A stretch of 63,688 nt of DNA, counting the filler, from Globobulimina sp. (lineage: Eukaryota): NCBI GenBank assembly GCA_003354225.1. It is 48 parts of 48 records of this genome, joined end to end, with 100 filler letters (N's around TTAATTAATTAA, not from the genome) between each part and the next. Parts side by side here need not be neighbours in the genome. Positions count along the whole stretch, not along the records: positions 59,805 to 61,032 come from PIVH01020548.1; positions 61,133 to 62,360 come from PIVH01020549.1; positions 62,461 to 63,688 come from PIVH01020550.1; 45 more parts are not named here. The stretch is one strand, 5' to 3'. A model generated the notes under the pieces. The model was not told where the DNA came from. It saw nothing but the letters and a program-made list of their open reading frames with translations, and searched no databases. Shown in pieces: positions 59,897 through 63,688 of the stretch. A program made the position numbers and the translations under genes. Numbering within the stretch: position 1 is the stretch's first letter; the number at the start of each line of letters is the position of its first letter.

Positions 59897-60900
59897 TTGC
59901 GTTTGATGATTATCCCACCATCAATGAACCCACATTATGCCTCTTCCTCTTCCGTCAACACATTGGAAACCATAAGCGAATCCGCACCAAATCTGCATAA
60001 ATCCAAACCACATCAAAGACACAAATCAGTTCCACTTATTACCTTTCAGCAACAGCAAAAACAAAAACAAAAACGAATAAAAGTACGCGACAGCATTGAC
60101 ATGAAAGATATTAAAAAATTATTATTTGGTTCGACTGAGAAAGCCAAACAAAACAAAGCCAGCAATAATAAACCAGAGCTGCGTATCAATAAACAAACGC
60201 CTTTTCAGGAATTAGAGCGAATATCAACGTTACATAACGCATCGAAATGGAAGCCATTGCCATTGGAATTATTTGAGATCGCGGGCCTTTTTCAATTATT
60301 TGCCAAAATCCGAGTGCACGGACAGCGCAATATACCCACCAATAAGCCATGTTTGATTGTCATTAATCATGCTTTAGGCCACGGCTTTGATGTTCCAATG
60401 ATGGTCTATATACTGCGCAAATATTGCAATTTATCGCATGTTCGCGTATTGGTCTCCAGCCAACATTTTAATTATCCATTATGGTGTGACATGGTGTATT
60501 ATTTGGGTGGCGTACCCCGTACGCATCGAGTCACAGAACATTTGATGAAAAATGGTGAAAATATTATCATGTTTGCAGCCAAAAAGAAAAAAACATCCAT
60601 GATATGGGATGACACACGCAATTTATATATAGATTTGGTGCATAAATATGATTATGTTTTAGTTCCAGCAGTTTGTGTGTCGGACGATGATGTTATAAAT
60701 ATGGTGTATAATATTCACGAGCCATCACCGAATATGAAAAATATCAAGCATCAAATAGCGGATATAAAGGAACAATATGATACGGATACGGATAATGAGG
60801 AGGATGAATCTCAATCTTTTCAGACCATTCGGGGGCGGCTACGAAGAGGATATCGGAAACAATATCATTTACGATTTAGTTACATATGTTTTCTTGCTTT
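59897..60900 (+). CDS. PlsC/TMEM68-like acyltransferase
   Basis: VHGQRNIPTNKPCLIVINH...D, YLGGVP, VLVPA. Confidence 0.75.
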
Positions 60901-61132
60901 GAAATGTTTGTTAAATTGCAAAATTTACTGCAAACAGGCGAGCCCATTGCAGTGCCAAAGGTTACGCGACGAGCTCATAAAAAAAGGAAATCGACAGAAT
61001 TTAAGTTGGATGAGGATGACTCACTGTTTGTGNNNNNNNNNNNNNNNNNNNNNNNNNNNNNNNNNNNNNNNNNNNNTTAATTAATTAANNNNNNNNNNNN
61101 NNNNNNNNNNNNNNNNNNNNNNNNNNNNNNNN

Positions 61133-62360
61133 CAATATATATTTTTATTATATTTGTTTTTGTGGCAAGGTGCGTGTATTAAGATATTCGATGGTATTAA
61201 GGGCAGAATGCAGCAGTATTTATTGAACATGAAAAATGCGCCGAAGACCATGTCGCATCGCGAGTTCATCAAATTTTTGCGTATATTGCAGATCCGCTGT
61301 AAAAAAGAAGAACGCTTTGCGTCGTTAAAGGCGATCCCCACCGACCAATGGAAAGCGTTAATAAACAAATTCGACTCCTTACAAATGTCGGAGGCGTACT
61401 TCAATGGAATGAGTAAGATGCAGTTTGGCAACGCGCTTCGCCGCAAAATTGCCACGGGATACATTGTGAAACTGCATAAGGTGATCACTGAGGAACTAAT
61501 CCGGCTGCAATCCGTCAAGTTTTTCACTAAAAAGGAGCTGATTTCCGAGTGCGATAACACTGAAATTGTGTTGTTATTATTGGCCGCGTTGCGAGAGACC
61601 GATCAGTTGGACATCGAAAATGATTTAAATATCGACATTGTAAAGAAAAACTTATCAGGTATCACCGGTGCAGATTTCATGCATTTGGACGAAGAATATG
61701 TGATTGAACAGTGTATAACGAGTGCATTGTGTGACAAATTCGGCGTGATCGACGCGCATAGATTCGGAAAGAGGTTCCGATATTGGCCCGCTTACTCCGA
61801 CAATAAAACCTCTGATCTATTAAACGGGTTTTACACTCATCACTGGTACGTGCGGCCCAAATTTAATGACATCAAAGACGAGATATTGAACAACGGCATC
61901 TGTTCCATAACGGTGAATCAGTGGAATCGAACGGTTTTGTTTGCGTCGAAGATCGTGATCCGAACGGTGGCGATAAAAAAGTTGAAGGCCATTGTTGAGA
62001 GCAACAAAAAAGACGGCGGTTCCACCTCCAACTCATCGTACAATAAATACGGAGTGAAGAATAACGACAAAATCCGGTTGGAACACTTGGTGCCGTTAAT
62101 AATTTATATCAATTTGGATTTTGTGAGCAAACAAATGCTGAATACGTACAATAACAACAATTATGTGCACAATGAGTATTCGCAGTGGATCAAATATATG
62201 AAGAATCACTCGCAGTTATCGCATTTGGCGCGTTTGGTGCGGGAAACGGTGGAATGTTACGGCGAATGTGGAGAGGCGTTGACTTTGTACCATTTGGTGG
62301 ATAAATCGATAGCTTCTTCGTCGATGCAGGCCAGGTTTTTCTCGCCGACGTCGATGACGA
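61133..62360 (+). CDS. Putative ADP-ribosyltransferase-like protein with N-terminal helical repeats (partial)
   Basis: HLVPLIIY...LARLVRETVECYG...LYH...SPTSMT resembles the ART Y-[R/H]-G and S-T-S strands. Confidence 0.5.
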
Positions 62361-63354
62361 NNNNNNNNNNNNNNNNNNNNNNNNNNNNNNNNNNNNNNNN
62401 NNNNTTAATTAATTAANNNNNNNNNNNNNNNNNNNNNNNNNNNNNNNNNNNNNNNNNNNNGATAATATTATAATTCAGGATGAAACAATCACATCACTTG
62501 TGCTGAGACACAATCGGAAAAGATCAAGTGACTGAACAAGGGTAAATAAAGCATTAATAAAAGATTAAAAAAATTTGGTACAATCAGATAATCCAAATAA
62601 TTCTACAGCTACTGAGGGAAGTAGACAGTTTTCATCAGGAACGAATAAAAAACGGAGAAAGAGTAACACCGGAAATGAGCAAGTAGTAAAAACCGTCTGA
62701 GACTCCAGTAAAGGTTATCCCTTGATGCTCTTAACCAGGTGTCTTGGGTGGCTAGCATGTTTACTTTGAAACAAATTAGAGTGCTCAATACAAGCGCAAA
62801 GCCTTGAATAGTGGTACCTGATTTTAGACTGACTTTTTACTCCCATGGGGAGCTCACCGGATACGGTGAATTGGCAGGGAACAGGGGTAAAAATCGATAG
62901 AAATGGCTTAAAATAGAGTTGTCTAGACGTAAAAAGGCACCAGGATTCCGAATCTGCCATTATTTTCAACGTAGCTCAAACGGTTACCGAGATATGATAG
63001 CTACAAGTGTGTGAACTACTAATTCATAAGGAGGTATTAAGAGATACAGCTTGAAAATGTCAAGTAAAGGTTATAAATAGACTTGAACGTTGTTACTATA
63101 TGGTTATTGCTTCTCCATAATGTTTTTGGCAATGGTTATGGTAATGGTAATGGTAATTGTTACTGTATTACCACCTTTACTTCAAATGCTAACATCACCA
63201 AAAGAGTTTTTGAAGTATGAATTTGTAGTGGATCTGTAAGCAGTAATGCTGACGGTGATGGTGTTAGTGATGGTAATGGTAACAGTTATGGTAATGGTTT
63301 GGGTTATCACAATTTAAATTTAGCAATGCATGTAGCTCTTGTTTTCAGATTCTC

Positions 63355-63688
63355 TCATTGGACACCAAGTGAACGAGCTTTGAGAAGCCATTTGTACACA
63401 TAATTTCTGAATCCGGCAAGCATTTCAACAGTAAGCTTAGGGCATCCATCTTCTTCCAAACCGTTAGTCGATGCAAAGAGCAAGAATGAGGACACATGAT
63501 GCAACCTTGTGCGTATTCGATTGTAATAGGACTTTTTCTCTTCTTCCAGTCTTGGCTTTCGCATGACTGCTTCTTTCATATATTCGTACCAGTCCAAAAG
63601 GATGCGGGAGGTCAGGAAATTTTGAAAATTCGTCTCTCTGAGACGCTGGGAAATGATCTCAAAAAGTGGGAACATTTGCAAATTATGA
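63355..63688 (-). CDS. Hypothetical helical protein fragment
   Basis: ORF only. Confidence 0.3.
   Translation of the reverse strand, partial: HNLQMFPLFEIISQRLRETNFQNFLTSRILLDWYEYMKEAVMRKPRLEEEKKSYYNRIRTRLHHVSSFLLFASTNGLEEDGCPKLTVEMLAGFRNYVYKWLLKARSLGVQ

Noticed and set aside
1231-62460. Regularly spaced TTAATTAATTAA motif and ORFs ending in X...LIN
   Set aside because: Artificial linker; no biological periodicity and no gene linkage across it
62707-63074. 12 bp direct repeat agtaaaggttat as a possible target-site duplication
   Set aside because: No terminal repeats or coding signal between the copies; plausible by chance in AT-rich DNA
63355-63688. Integrase core-binding domain
   Set aside because: Only a vague helical resemblance; no catalytic motifs

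Overview
This window is not a continuous genome region. It holds about 48 unrelated contigs of ~1.23 kb, each joined by an artificial N44-TTAATTAATTAA-N44 linker, so gene neighbourhood across linkers carries no information. Most contigs come from an AT-rich eukaryote with short GT-AG introns. The gene content (EFL, class I PI3K, MATH/SAM, CAP-Gly, VIT-vWA, ART-like, TRAF-type RING) suggests a rhizarian/foraminiferan, which is an inference. Mixed in are bacterial contigs resembling Desulfobacterota (SPFH, DUF362, MacB, XRE, dnaN-gyrB), one phage-like contig, DIRS/Ngaro-type tyrosine-recombinase retroelement fragments, a Bel/Pao gag and satellites. Several contigs look internally chimeric. The best leads are unusual domain fusions inside single ORFs: (1) a Spartan/SprT-like domain with a natural HExxH->HQxxH change fused to a dual-specificity phosphatase and a UBZ4 finger; (2) a VIT/vWA-type tail fused to an ATPase-less BiP-like substrate-binding domain ending YEDL; (3) a kinesin-14/kinesin-9 hybrid motor; (4) a divergent EFL with an F-box-like tail. 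Also notable are split direct repeats behind a tyrosine recombinase, and heptamer-built and ERIC-like palindromic elements in the bacterial contigs. All family assignments rest on motif recognition by eye; no searches were run.
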